A stretch of 64,000 nt of DNA from positions 587,013 through 651,012 of the forward strand of contig NC_068989.1 in assembly GCF_001194135.2 (NCBI RefSeq), given 5' to 3'. Below the pieces are notes generated by a model that saw only the letters and a program-made list of their open reading frames with translations, was not told where the DNA came from and did not search any database. Position numbers and translations under genes: made by a program. The stretch's first letter is position 1, and each line of letters opens with the position of its first letter. Origin of the DNA: Octopus bimaculoides. Taxonomy: Eukaryota. Shown one piece after another: positions 52,317 through 64,000 of the stretch.

Positions 52317-52410
52317 CACCGCTTGACAACCGGTGTTTCTGTGTTAACGTCCCCGTAACCTAGAGGTTCGGCAAAAGAGGTCGGTAGAATAAGTATCAGA
52401 CTTAAAAATG
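52317..52410 (+). mobile_element. SINE family B tail fragment
   Basis: CACCGCTTGACAACCGGTG..CGTCCCCGTAAC..GGTTCGGCAAAAGAG..AGAATAAGTA. Confidence 0.75.
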
Positions 52411-52609
52411 AAAAATACCATTAACTGTTGCTTGCTCAAAATCTGTTGCAATTATGTTTGGTAATAACGTGAGATCTATGGATTTCAGTTCTGAGACAAA
52501 TTTGATGTAACTCATTAGTTCTTCTGACTTTTGAGACATAGACAAGACGAAAATCGTTGCCATTCGTGGTTACGTGTGTTGTATAAAACTGATTAATGGT
52601 GAAACCGTT

Positions 52610-53505
52610 TTAAAAGAGCCGGTTTCTAACCTAGATCCAATTTCAACAATACCAACAAGGTATATATGCATGTATGCATGTATGTATATATACGTGCAGA
52701 TTTTTATGTTTTGTTTTATGTATGACTTCTCATGCATATAGTTGCATGTCTAGACATGCTCATATATATTCAAATGATAAACTTCTGGAAAGTTTTACAG
52801 ATTTTTACAGTTCCAGTGATGGATTGGATCTGTAGTCTTTGAATTTGCTTTCTCCTCTCTGATTTTGAGAAGCCTAATTTCTCAAGATTTGTATGGTATT
52901 TAGGCAGTGTGTTACATATCCCAGGGCCCCAATAATTACAGGTATAAACATGAACTTGTAATCTGGATAGTGTAGCAGCAGATTTCTCAATAGTTTAGCG
53001 TAGTTATTCTCTTTTTCCCTGATCTTCAGCTTTATGTTAACATCCGCTGGGCAGCTGATTTCCACAACTGTACACTGTTTCTCTTCTCTATCCCAAACCA
53101 TTATATCAGGTCGATTGTGTTTACGTTTTATTGAGGTTTTCATTGGGACATTCCACCAGTATTCTTTTTTATTATGAGTGGCTATGGCTTCCACCATGCT
53201 GTGAGTTCTTATTTCTTCGTTGTTGGGGTTATCCTTTCGACGGATCTCATTATACAGTGACCTAGCTACAACATCATGTCTCATCAGCAGATAATACCGT
53301 GATGACATTTTCGAATGCTTATGAGGTAGGTGATATCTTCAGTGTGAACTCCACAAAGTCTGCATCGGTTGTCACATTTTACAGCTTTTCCAGCATCTCT
53401 ATCCCTTTTGTGCATCAGGTGTTTGGTTGATATTTCCTGTTCTGGGATTGCAAACGCATACCCTTCAAAGTGGGAAGTAGTAATCTGGCGATTGGTCCAT
53501 AATAT
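52610..53505 (-). mobile_element. 5'-truncated R4/Dong-like LINE: CCHC zinc finger, RLE and 3' UTR
   Basis: HFEGYAFAIPEQEISTKHL, CRLCGVHTEDIT, RHDVVARSLY, HNRPDIMVWDREEKQCTVVEISCPAD..EKENNY..YPDYKFMFIPVIIGALG, IQSITGTVKICKTF. Confidence 0.92.
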
Positions 53506-53869
53506 GTATGCATGTATGTATGTGTGTATGTGTGTATGTATGTGTGTGTTTGTATGTATGTGTGTTTGTATGCATGCGCGTGTGTATGTATGTGCGTGTT
53601 TGTATGTATGTATGTGCGTGTTTGTACGCATGCATGCATGGCCCGTTGTCTTCTCGTTGTTTACAGAAGTGATGTATACGAGCATAGACTACCTATTGAC
53701 ACTCAAACCGACTGAGCTACTTACTGAACGTCTTATCCATGGATACAACTCAGTACCACTGATAAGATTCGAACTATTGACAGTTCGTTTAGTTGTTCCC
53801 ATCCACTCAGCTCAATGCAACTCTGATAGACAGTCTCGTGATTATTCCATCTGTTCCACGAAACTAGAC

Positions 53870-53874
53870 TACTA

Positions 53875-53909
<35 letters not shown>

Positions 53910-53938
53910 ACTACTGTTGCTGCTGCTGCTACTACTAT
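53870..53938. repeat. (CTA)n/(CTG)n mixed trinucleotide tract
   Basis: Seen directly. Confidence 0.92.
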
Positions 53939-54529
53939 TAGAATGCCAACAGTAAGAACTCTAATATACACAAGTACAAAACATTTAAAATATTAAGCCC
54001 ATCTTAATTACTTTTCAGCGTCTCTAGGGACACATCCCTCCTAATGACAAAAACAGAATTGTTTGCTTTCAAATTTCAAAGAAAAAATATGCATAAAAAT
54101 ACATCCAAAACAAACACAAAAACTAAAACCACCAGCCCCACCACCACCACCACCCTCACTGTGTGTCGAACTCATTAACCCAGTCAGCCATTTTCCCCTC
54201 CAATTTATTTTATCTTGTTTCAATCATTTACATTGTTTTTTCCCCTTCTGTCTAAATACAAAATACTAGCTTTTCCCTTCACACACGTTGAAGCTTTAAC
54301 TGAAGTCGCAGCGTTTAATGAAAACCTCCTCGATTTCACTTGATTACGGTCTCTCACTTGGCCATGGCTACAAGCCTTCAATTCTCGCCAGTAAACGAGC
54401 GAGAATAAATGTTGCCTGATTGAAGAAACATAAGTGTGTCTCTAGAAAAACGTGTGTACATGTGTGTGTCTACATATATATCTATATATATATATATAAA
54501 CAGAGAGGGGGGAGAGAGAGAGAGACAAT

Positions 54530-55440
54530 GTTAGTTATGGCCGGTTCATAGGATTACCCAAGGTTTCGCATCCATAAAACGCTTAGCTTTATATACGTCT
54601 TGTCAGACCCTAATGGTCGGTGGCTATAACCTCTCTTCAAATTGAAGGGAAAAAAGGCCTCGTGGCTAGTTTTCGAACACACAGAGGTCAAGCGCATGGG
54701 ATTGTCTCCCTAAGACCACTATTCGGAATCCCAGGATTTCAGTAGGAATCGGCTGAAGCATAAATAAGGTCCGAAGACTTCCATCTTGGAATTTAAGATG
54801 TTCCCCGGGTCGAAGGAGTTCTTTAATAACCCTCGCCCGTTCCGCTATGCACAGCTCACAGCATTTGCTCCCGTTGATGTAGGGACCCGATTTTTCTTGA
54901 AGTTTACATGTGAAATCCCTTCGTCCTTCAGGCGCCACATGTGACTGACCACGAACGTGGCATAACGTTTTTCCGGGATCCTAAACGAGGATTTGTCGTT
55001 GGAGAGGTGCTGCTTGGAGGTGTTTCCTGAACATCCAATGTATTTCCGAATATTGCTGTTGGAGTCACTGTTTCTGTTAATGCTGTTGACGCTGCTACTT
55101 CCGTTGTTGGTGCTGCTGGTGTCATATGTGCTGCCATAGGGAACATCATCGGTGGCGAAGTTGGTGTTGATGCTGTTGTTGGTGTCTCCGTTGGTGCTGC
55201 TATAACCATCGTCGTTGTTGGAGTTGTTGTCAACGCTATTGTTGTTGTTGTTGTTGTTGTTGTCTAGCATTATCAACAGTGATGGTGTTGCTATTTCTGC
55301 TACAGCCGTAGCTGCTGGAAAAGTTACTGCTGCTACTAGGGTCAGATACTACCTCAGCCTTGTATACGACCCCCTCAGGTCTTGGGGTCTAACATACATT
55401 GCACGCCAGCACATGCAAAAATCTCCCATTCAATGGTTTT
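54530..55440 (-). mobile_element. Penelope-like element 3' part: GIY-YIG endonuclease with low-complexity insert, 3' UTR and hammerhead
   Basis: Frameshifted translation PLNGR..EGVVYKAEV [insert] RKYIGCSGNTSKQHLSNDKSSFR..SHMWRLK..PYINGSKCCELCIAER..LNSKMEVFGP..FSRFLLKSWDSE*; hammerhead about 100 nt past the stop. Confidence 0.88.
54547..54615 (-). ncRNA. Type I hammerhead ribozyme with a G8A core variant
   Basis: Minus strand CAUUAGGGU-CUGACAA-[32-nt stem II]-GAAA-CC-UUG-GG-UA^AUCCUAUG; all three stems pair by hand; predicted cut between 54555 and 54554. Confidence 0.8.
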
Positions 55441-56699
55441 CGCCATTTAACTTACCGCCAAGAACGCTAAGATACGCTTCTTCATTTAAAACATGAAAGA
55501 AGCCTTACTTTGTAGTTTTATAGAAATCATTAATATGAAGATCCAGACCTTCAACAATACCCCGGGGACATTGTCAAAATCCATCGACCGAAAAAATTCA
55601 GTAGCATAGCTTGAGGGAGTAAACAAACCCAACAGACCTCTCGATGACACGGGGATAAAAGTGAATTGGCTACTACCTTAGAAGGCTTCAGCACAATACC
55701 GACAGGCAGCCTTTCGGGTGATACCCCCCCCCCCCCCCCCACCGAGCAAAGGAAGAGAGTAAGATCAAAGAAATCCAGCCGATGTAATTCATAGAATGAA
55801 GTGAGAAGATCTAAATGGAGGTAGAGGTAATTGGCGAGTAAATGCCAAAATGGGAAAAGATAGAGAGAGAGATTGTTAATGGCCGATACTCTAGCAAGGA
55901 CCAAGGGTTTTGGTCAGTGGGTGATATCTACGAATTTGCAGAATCTAAGATTCAATCCTTTCCTCAACTCAGGTTGCGCCTGCGATTCCCCTTTAGTAAT
56001 AGTAGCCATTTGTCCCTTATTTACATTATTATAATGAAGAAGAAACCATTTTCGCTACAGAATGCCTTAGTTTTCTCTATAACCTTACAAACGAAGCCAT
56101 AGATGTCTCTTTGAACGGACAACATCACGTGACTCAGCGAGAGCGTTCCTCATCTGGCAAAGAAATCATTCGACATAAATAACAAACGAAAATGCACTTG
56201 GTGACATTTCTTCGTTGTAATATTGCTGAATTCTATCTAAAAAAAAAAAGGATTATTCCTAATGGACTCCCATCCCATTTAGTAATCAGAATTAGATTAG
56301 TGGAGAATTAATTATCTCCAGAAAATATCGGGTCGTATCGGTGCTTTCACACTTATTGGTTTTAACATCGTTATTTCCCGAAGAATGCAACCCTAAGCAA
56401 TAAGCCCCCACTCAGAACATCATTAAAAACTAATAATATTAAATAATGATTTCATTATTTGCCTCACGGGCAACAAGTCATTATAATTCAGTACAATACA
56501 GTTCAGTATAATACAATGATGCAAAACAACAAAATATAAACAAAAAATTGCATATATACATATATACACGAACACATATACACACATAAACACTTATATA
56601 TACACATATATACATGATATATATATATATTTAAAGTAGTTTAGAGCCATTTGGCGTCTTCTTTCAGCATGTACTTGTGTACTTACTTGCTTGCCCTGA

Positions 56700-56763
<64 letters not shown>

Positions 56764-59086
56764 ATATATATATACATACATACATATGTATGTATGTATG
56801 TAATATGTATAATATAGGTGCTCTTAAGTTAGATATGTCTAACTTAATGGCCAAAACCTATCCAAGTAGAGTGGAACGGCGCCCGATGGGAGTTTTCGTC
56901 TTCGACAATTTCTCTTGCTCAGAATTTGGAAAATCATGTGACTGATGACGTGATTTTCTCGTACATTTCTGGTTAAATTTGTCCCGTAGCACGAGGAGAG
57001 TGAGCTAGGTCTGCGAATTTGTTTCTCTTCATAATACTAATAATGCCCATTAGGAAATCAATGGGCATCACATACGTCTCGCTCCCGTTGTGAATCTGAA
57101 TCATTGTATTTAATCATAAGAAATAATGATTTACTGATCACTGTGGTCAAGTGTCGCTGTATATCATATCTCCCAGCAGCCAGTAATGGCGGTGACCTCG
57201 TTTTCAATTCTAATTAATAACTGGAATTTCATTAACGGTAATAAACCATCGCGTAGGACATGTATATCATGCAATCGTCTCTATTATAAATCTATGGCCA
57301 GAGCCAAGATATGAAATCAATATTACAAGACATTTATTTTAAAATTAATAAGTTTTGATAGCAATTTACAAGGACACTAAATGTCGCGACAACAAGTCTA
57401 CGATTTGATTGTTCTTTCCATAGTTGAAGACGGTGTGCCTATAAAAACCATTTGATTGCAAATGTAATTATTACTGGAAACAATACACAGCAACTCATGA
57501 ATTAATCTTATATTAGCTGTATTTAGCCTGACTCTAAAATAATTAGGTGGTTATATAACCGTTGAGGGTCGGCACTAATTACTGAAAGATCGTGCTTTCT
57601 ATCTTGTGTGAAGTTGCAGTGAGATCCACGCATGATCTTTTTAAGAAGCATGCGATTATTTGGAAATAAGTTGCTCTACCTCGGCATTTTGTACAATATA
57701 GTTACTCGACATCAGCTTTAAAGGAAAGAAATTTAAGATTTCATTAAATTCCATGGTTCCCAGACAGAATTGTCAATATGTCATAAGAATAATAATGGTT
57801 TCCCTTTTTAGCACAAGGCCGGCAAATTTAATGGATTACATGTTTGCCTGTGTGAGCGCATGTGTGAACTGACTTTTATAGTGAGCGAATCATATATAGT
57901 GTACTTTCTATAGATAAAACATATCAAAGTATATGTCATGACGAATATTCATATATATACTTTGCGAATCGCTTCTTGGATTCTTAGCCAAGAATCGAAA
58001 CCTTAGCCTAGAATTTTTTTAAAGTTCCTTCCTTTTGTTCTCGACATTACCTCTTAGGAATTAATGAGAATCAACTGTTACAGTTAAGTACTATTGAGTT
58101 AACATTCTTAGGTTGGATACAATTCGACAGAGATAAACCCATTTACTTCCAACATGTATAAATACAGTACCCAAACTCAGTTCTCTCTTTTTCGCCTCCT
58201 TCGCCTGGTGCTTTCCCATAGGAGCACTTCAGTAATGACTCGTCACTGCGAAATTACACAACTTCCACCCTCTCTACTCGTCAACCCAGGAAAGTAAATT
58301 GTTTTACTCTTTCTCTCTCTTTCTTCCATCCGTTCTCCTTGAAGTCAACAAAAGATGAGCTTAATTGCATACAAAATGGATAACAGAACTGCAAATAATC
58401 TTTGCACAATAACAACTCGAAAAAGTTGTTTCTTACATTATCAACTATTTTCTTCTTGTCATTTGTCTGGTACGTAAAATATGTATGTATGTGTGTATGC
58501 ATGTGTGCACGCGCGCGCGTGTATAACAGAATATTACATGATGCAATTCGGTGTGTGTTTGCGAGTATGTATATATAAGAATTTAGTCATCCGGATATAA
58601 TTTAAAGTATGCAATTATAATGCGTCCAGTGGCAACGACTTAAAAAAGACCATTTGATGCTAAAATTATCTGCAAGGATATGATACCCAGATACCCGGAT
58701 AGAAGTTTTAAAACAACGATATTAAATTCTAAATAACCGAGAATATTCTAAACACCAAAATTGTCAGCAACATAACACTGACTAACGACGGATTGAAGTT
58801 TCAGGATTGGGGAATTGAGGAAATGAAACTCTGTGGAATAATGGCACCACTATCTCGTTTGTTTATCCGAAACACCGCATACACACACACACATACACGC
58901 ATACACACATACACGCTCCTACATGTACACACTCATATACACATACTCACACACATACGTATACACACTCACATACACACATTCTACACACACATGTACA
59001 CACAAATTCACGCATACACGTACGCGTATGCACGTACGAACACATAGGCAAATTAATTATTGAGCAAGTAAGCAATACAAGCCAAC

Positions 59087-59132
<46 letters not shown>

Positions 59133-59511
59133 ACACACACAAAATATTGTTCTGTCCAAAATAAGTAAAACACAGAACGCTACATTCATGGAAGTATGTC
59201 TAAATGATTATTAAAGATATGGATTTTCAATTTTCAAACTCTATTCCATTATTTGTTACGCCACTTGAATTTCAAGTTGTGCAAGCGTTGTTTAGAATTT
59301 AATATATGTTAGTTTACCGCCAATGTCTGGCTATCACAGAGCTGTATATCATATTATATTCATTACTCTGTTTTCGCTCAACGCTTCATATGCTTACACA
59401 TTAATACACACACACACACACACACACGTTTATATTAATATTCGTGTGGGTTTGTTACTTGGATTGCGATTACTCTAAAAGTTGATGTAATTCTCAAGAC
59501 GAAAACAAATG

Positions 59512-59549
<38 letters not shown>

Positions 59550-59789
59550 ACACCCTTCATCTCTCTCTTACATATGTGTGTGTGTATGTATGTATGTATG
59601 TACATATAAATATATGTATACATTTTATATATANNNNNNNNNNNNNNNNNNNNNNNNNNNNNNNNNNNNNNNNNNNNNNNNNNNNNNNNNNNNNNNNNNN
59701 NNATATATATATATATATATATAGTAAGATACTCTAACCATCGTATGTATGTATATGTATATAAATATATACTATTCTATTTATTGTGT

Positions 59790-60400
59790 GATGGTTCCAG
59801 TTTTCTAAGACCTTCGCAGAGACACCCATTCCAATTAATGATCTTTCGAAACATTTTCTTCCGATCTACGAATACATTTTTACCGTCTTCATTGTGCCTT
59901 CAAATCTTGTAATGCAGTCGTCACTTTTGAATACAACTCGAAGAGACTATTTTCCGACAGAGTTTCCATCACAAAATTAGTCTCATTAGATGTGTTTATT
60001 AACTCTATCAGTTTTAATAGTTAATCCCTTTTCTTCGAGAACTGAATAATTACAAGGATTGTCTATGCTGAATCGTAGTTATTCCACCCATAACATAACA
60101 ACAACTAACTTTCCAATACAAGATTTACTTTTTTAATCTCTATTAACAGAATACAGTGCAAGTTTAGGATTTATGATCATATCTCTTTCTCTGCAACATG
60201 AAAAATCCTCTTTACCACTTGAGAATCAAAGAAAGCCGTTTTAATCAAACGTTAAGCCATAGTCAGGCTCAATAGAGTAAAATGCATTTCTTCTGCAGCA
60301 ATTGGCGCATCTTCAGTTTCACTACTTGCTTTGATCTTTAAAAATCTGTTTCGTCGCTAAAACCTCGCCTTCACCAGTTTTCTTGTTTTCTACTCGAGTT
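59790..60400 (-). pseudogene. Highly degenerate hAT-type transposase
   Basis: Pieces ETEDAPIAAEE, LIKTAFFDSQVVK, FVMETLSENSL, SDDCITRFEG, DGKNVF, SLIGMGVSAKVLEN (resembles the hAT G-C-x-AH-x-LHN motif); many stops and shifts. Confidence 0.55.
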
Positions 60401-60595
60401 CACAAGTGTTTCTAAATCATTAATATCTCTATCAGGAATACAATCATGTCTCTGATTTGAAAACCAAATAATACACTTCTCATTCGTGGCTAATCTTCTT
60501 AAAGCACGGAAGTTTATTCAGTAACTGTACATTTGAGTTTTGACCATTTTTGTTCAGGGGAAAGTATAACAGTTCATAAATACGAGCAGCGATAC

Positions 60596-60628
60596 CAAAC
60601 ACCAAACACCAAACACCAAACAACAAAC
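60596..60628. repeat. 7-bp tandem (ACCAAAC)n
   Basis: Seen directly, about 4.5 units. Confidence 0.85.
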
Positions 60629-61961
60629 AGCCAGCAAAGGCTCGAATTAAGCTGACACTGTTACTCTAAAGACTAACAAACCACTGGTCAACGTAATGGT
60701 TGTAAACATTCGTAAATGATCTGAAGCATGATTAGGGTTGAAAATTACCAAAATGTTTTTAGTGCAGTAGAAAAATATATGCTACTGCGAATAAATAGTA
60801 TGAAGAAAAAATGGTATCGTCCCGACATTTCATTTTTTAATGTAACAGTGCTGAATAGGGAAAAAAATTATAATGTCCTTGGTTGAAGAACAAGGAAAAC
60901 AGACCAAAGCACATGTTAGTTCAAAATCTAAGGTGACAACACCGAACACTTGTGCACGTGGCTTATCAGCTGACAAAACTAGACATTTGTAGTTTCCACC
61001 TCCTCATCCTCACAATTTCTCTCTCCCTCTTCCCCTTTCTCTCCGTCTCCCCTTCTTTCACTTCCCCTCTCTCTATCTCTNNNNNNNNNNNNNNNNNNNN
61101 NNNNNNNNNNNNNNNNNNNNNNNNNNNNNNNNNNNNNNNNNNNNNNNNNNNNNNNNNNNNNNNNNNNNNNNNNNNNNNNNNNNNNNNNNNNNNNNNNNNN
61201 NNNNNNNNNNNNNNNNNNNNNNNNNNNNNNNNNNNNNNNNNNNNNNNNNNNNNNNNNNNNNNNNNNNNNNNNNNNNNNNNNNNNNNNNNNNNNNNNNNNN
61301 NNNNNNNNNNNNNNNNNNNNNNNNNNNNNNNNNNNNNNNNNNNNNNNNNNNNNNNNNNNNNNNNNNNNNNNNNNNNNNNNNNNNNNNNNNNNNNNNNNNN
61401 NNNNNNNNNNNNNNNNNNNNNNNNNNNNNNNNNNNNNNNNNNNNNNNNNNNNNNNNNNNNNNNNNNNNNNNNNNNNNNNNNNNNNNNNNNNNNNNNNNNN
61501 NNNNNNNNNNNNNNNNNNNNNNNNNNNNNNNNNNNNNNNNNNNNNNNNNNNNNNNNNNNNNNNNNNNNNNNNNNNNNNNTATATATATATATATATATAT
61601 ACTACACACACACACTACGTACATACATACATACATACATACATACATACATACATACTCGGTCAAGCATGGAAGCTGCAGCGCGAACCCGGGTGAAGCC
61701 AACCGCGAGTACAGTAACCTCATTCACAGGTATCGCTGACATTTTGGATGAACAATGGTCGGTGATGTTCTTCCTCGGTCACCAGTGGACAGTTATCACC
61801 TCTCTATCATACATTAAGAGCCAAGGTAAACGTGAGTATTTCTTTAGCAGATCATCACAGCTAACTAGAGCTGAGTTCCAGTAGAATTGCGTCTGTTACT
61901 CAGGTACAGCTTCCGTTTGTAGCTAATGTTCTTTGAGAAAGACATGAACGTTACAAAAGCT

Positions 61962-61999
<38 letters not shown>

Positions 62000-63329
62000 T
62001 CAATCTCAAAACTCAGATATGAATAAAGAATTTCCAACTCGCAATTCCACGAGATGGTACCACCGTCGGCTTGACTCCATCCCAAAGATCATAAACTGTC
62101 TGCGACTAATCCGATGTGATGACTTCAAGAAATAGTTAATTCATTAATTGCCGATGCCAATTACTAAACGGATGCAACCGGTTCTCTGAACCAACAACCC
62201 TAACACCGCAAGAGAAGCAGCAGGAAACGAAAAGCTTAAACAAAACATCAAGATGTCGATGTAAAGAATGTCTCTCACTTCAATGACTCCCTCTCTCTCT
62301 NNNNNNNNNNNNNNNNNNNNNNNNNNNNNNNNNNNNNNNNNNNNNNNNNNNNNNNNNNNNNNNNNNNNNNNNNNNNNNNNNNNNNNNNNNNNNNNNNNNN
62401 NNNNNNNNNNNNNNNNNNNNNNNNNNNNNNNNNNNNNNNNNNNNNNNNNNNNNNNNNNNNNNNNNNNNNNNNNNNNNNNNNNNNNNNNNNNNNNNNNNNN
62501 NNNNNNNNNNNNNNNNNNNNNNNNNNNNNNNNNNNNNNNNNNNNNNNNNNNNNNNNNNNNNNNNNNNNNNNNNNNNNNNNNNNNNNNNNNNNNNNNNNNN
62601 NNNNNNNNNNNNNNNNNNNNNNNNNNNNNNNNNNNNNNNNNNNNNNNNNNNNNNNNNNNNNNNNNNNNNNNNNNNNNNNNNNNNNNNNNNNNNNNNNNNN
62701 NNNNNNNNNNNNNNNNNNNNNNNNNNNNNNNNNNNNNNNNNNNNNNNNNNNNNNNNNNNNNNNNNNNNNNNNNNNNNNNNNNNNNNNNNNNNNNNNNNNN
62801 NNNNNNNNNNNNNNNNNNNNNNNNNNNNNNNNNNNNNNNNNNNNNNNNNNNNNNNNNNNNNNNNNNNNNNNNNNNNNNNNNNNNNNNNNNNNNNNNNNNN
62901 NNNNNNNNNNNNNNNNNNNNNNNNNNNNNNNNNNNNNNNNNNNNNNNNNNNNNNNNNNNNNNNNNNNNNNNNNNNNNNNNNNNNNNNNNNNNNNNNNNNN
63001 NNNNNNNNNNNNNNNNNNNNNNNNNNNNNNNNNNNNNNNNNNNNNNNNNNNNNNNNNNNNNNNNNNNNNNNNNNNNNNNNNNNNNNNNNNNNNNNNNNNN
63101 NNNNNNNNNNNNNNNNNNNNNNNCCCTAACACCGCAAGAGAAGCAGCAGGAAACGAAAAGCTTAAACAAAACATCAAGATGTCGATGTAAAGAATGTCTC
63201 TCACTTCAATGACTCCCTCTCTCTCTCCCTCATTCTCATTAATCCCACTCTCTCCCTCTCCCCCCTCTCTCTCTCTCTTTTCTCCTCACGTTTTCTTCTT
63301 CTCATTGGTCTAAATATCAACTCCTCTCT

Positions 63330-63504
63330 TTCTCTACTTTTTCATTTTCTTTATTTTCTCCTTACATAGACAAACTTCTCTTCTCTCTCTCTTTCTCTCT
63401 CTCTCTCTTTCTTTCCCTCTCTTTCTCTCTCTATCTCTTTCTTTCTCTCTCTCTCTCTTTCTCTTTTGCCTCTCTCTATATACACGTGTGTGTATGTAGA
63501 TAGT

Positions 63505-63559
<55 letters not shown>

Positions 63560-63832
63560 GTAGACAGACAGACAGACAGACAGTCAGATAGATAGACGGA
63601 CAGACAGACAAACAGAGACAAACAGACAGACACATAGACAGACACACAGACAGACACAGACAGACACACAGACAGACACAGACAGACAGATAGATACATA
63701 GACAGACAGACAGACAGACAGACAGACCGACAGACAGACAGACAGATAGATAGATAGACAGACAAACAGTTAGACAGACAGACAGACAGACAGACGTACA
63801 GATAGATAGATAGATAAATAGATAGATAGATA
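63330..63832. repeat. (CT)-rich tract followed by (GATA)n/(GACA)n compound microsatellite
   Basis: Seen directly. Confidence 0.93.
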
Positions 63833-64000
63833 GGTTTCTTTGTTAGCCACACAGGGCTCAACACAGAGGGGACAAAATACAAATGTAGAGTTTTTCTTTT
63901 CGAGGGGGTCGAAAACAAAGCAGAAAGAAAACAAAAGTGGGGACAACGATGAAAAAAAAACATCGCAAAACGTTTGGGGTATTTACAAAAAATACGAAAT

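Noticed and set aside
56126-56138. Overlapping E-box CACGTG and AP-1/ARE TGACTCAGC, plus TCATGTGA sites near 48040 and 56935
   Set aside because: Such short motifs are expected by chance in 64 kb, and there is no gene or conservation context.
61660-61884. GC-richer open frame MEAAARTRVKPT.. with donor-like sites
   Set aside because: No acceptor is visible (microsatellite and gap upstream) and the peptide is unrecognised.

Overview
AT-rich, microsatellite-saturated animal DNA with 14 N-gaps (about 3.5 kb), nearly all bordered by simple repeats, so this is probably a short-read assembly. The SINE families, the R4/Dong, RTE, CR1 and Penelope relics and the (TACA)n/(GATA)n/(TA)n load suggest an octopus or related coleoid cephalopod. 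That is inference, not a database match. I find no intact host gene; most long ORFs in the track are microsatellite or N-gap artefacts. The window is intergenic or intronic sequence holding decayed mobile elements: three tRNA-headed SINE families that swap modules, a ~200-bp family with no visible tRNA head (8 copies), five RLE-type (R4/Dong-like) LINE fragments, RTE and CR1-group LINE fragments, two hAT transposase relics, a maT-like element and a mariner MITE. The best finding is a minus-strand Penelope-like element at 54.5-55.4 kb. Its GIY-YIG endonuclease has the GIY and YIG halves split by about 106 codons of Asn/Ser/Thr-rich sequence. About 100 nt past the stop is a fully foldable type I hammerhead ribozyme with one core change (G8 to A, at a CpG). 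Other notable items are a 41-bp hairpin at 23.2 kb and RLE LINEs embedded in (TACA)n and (TAA)n tracts. Boundaries of degenerate elements are approximate.
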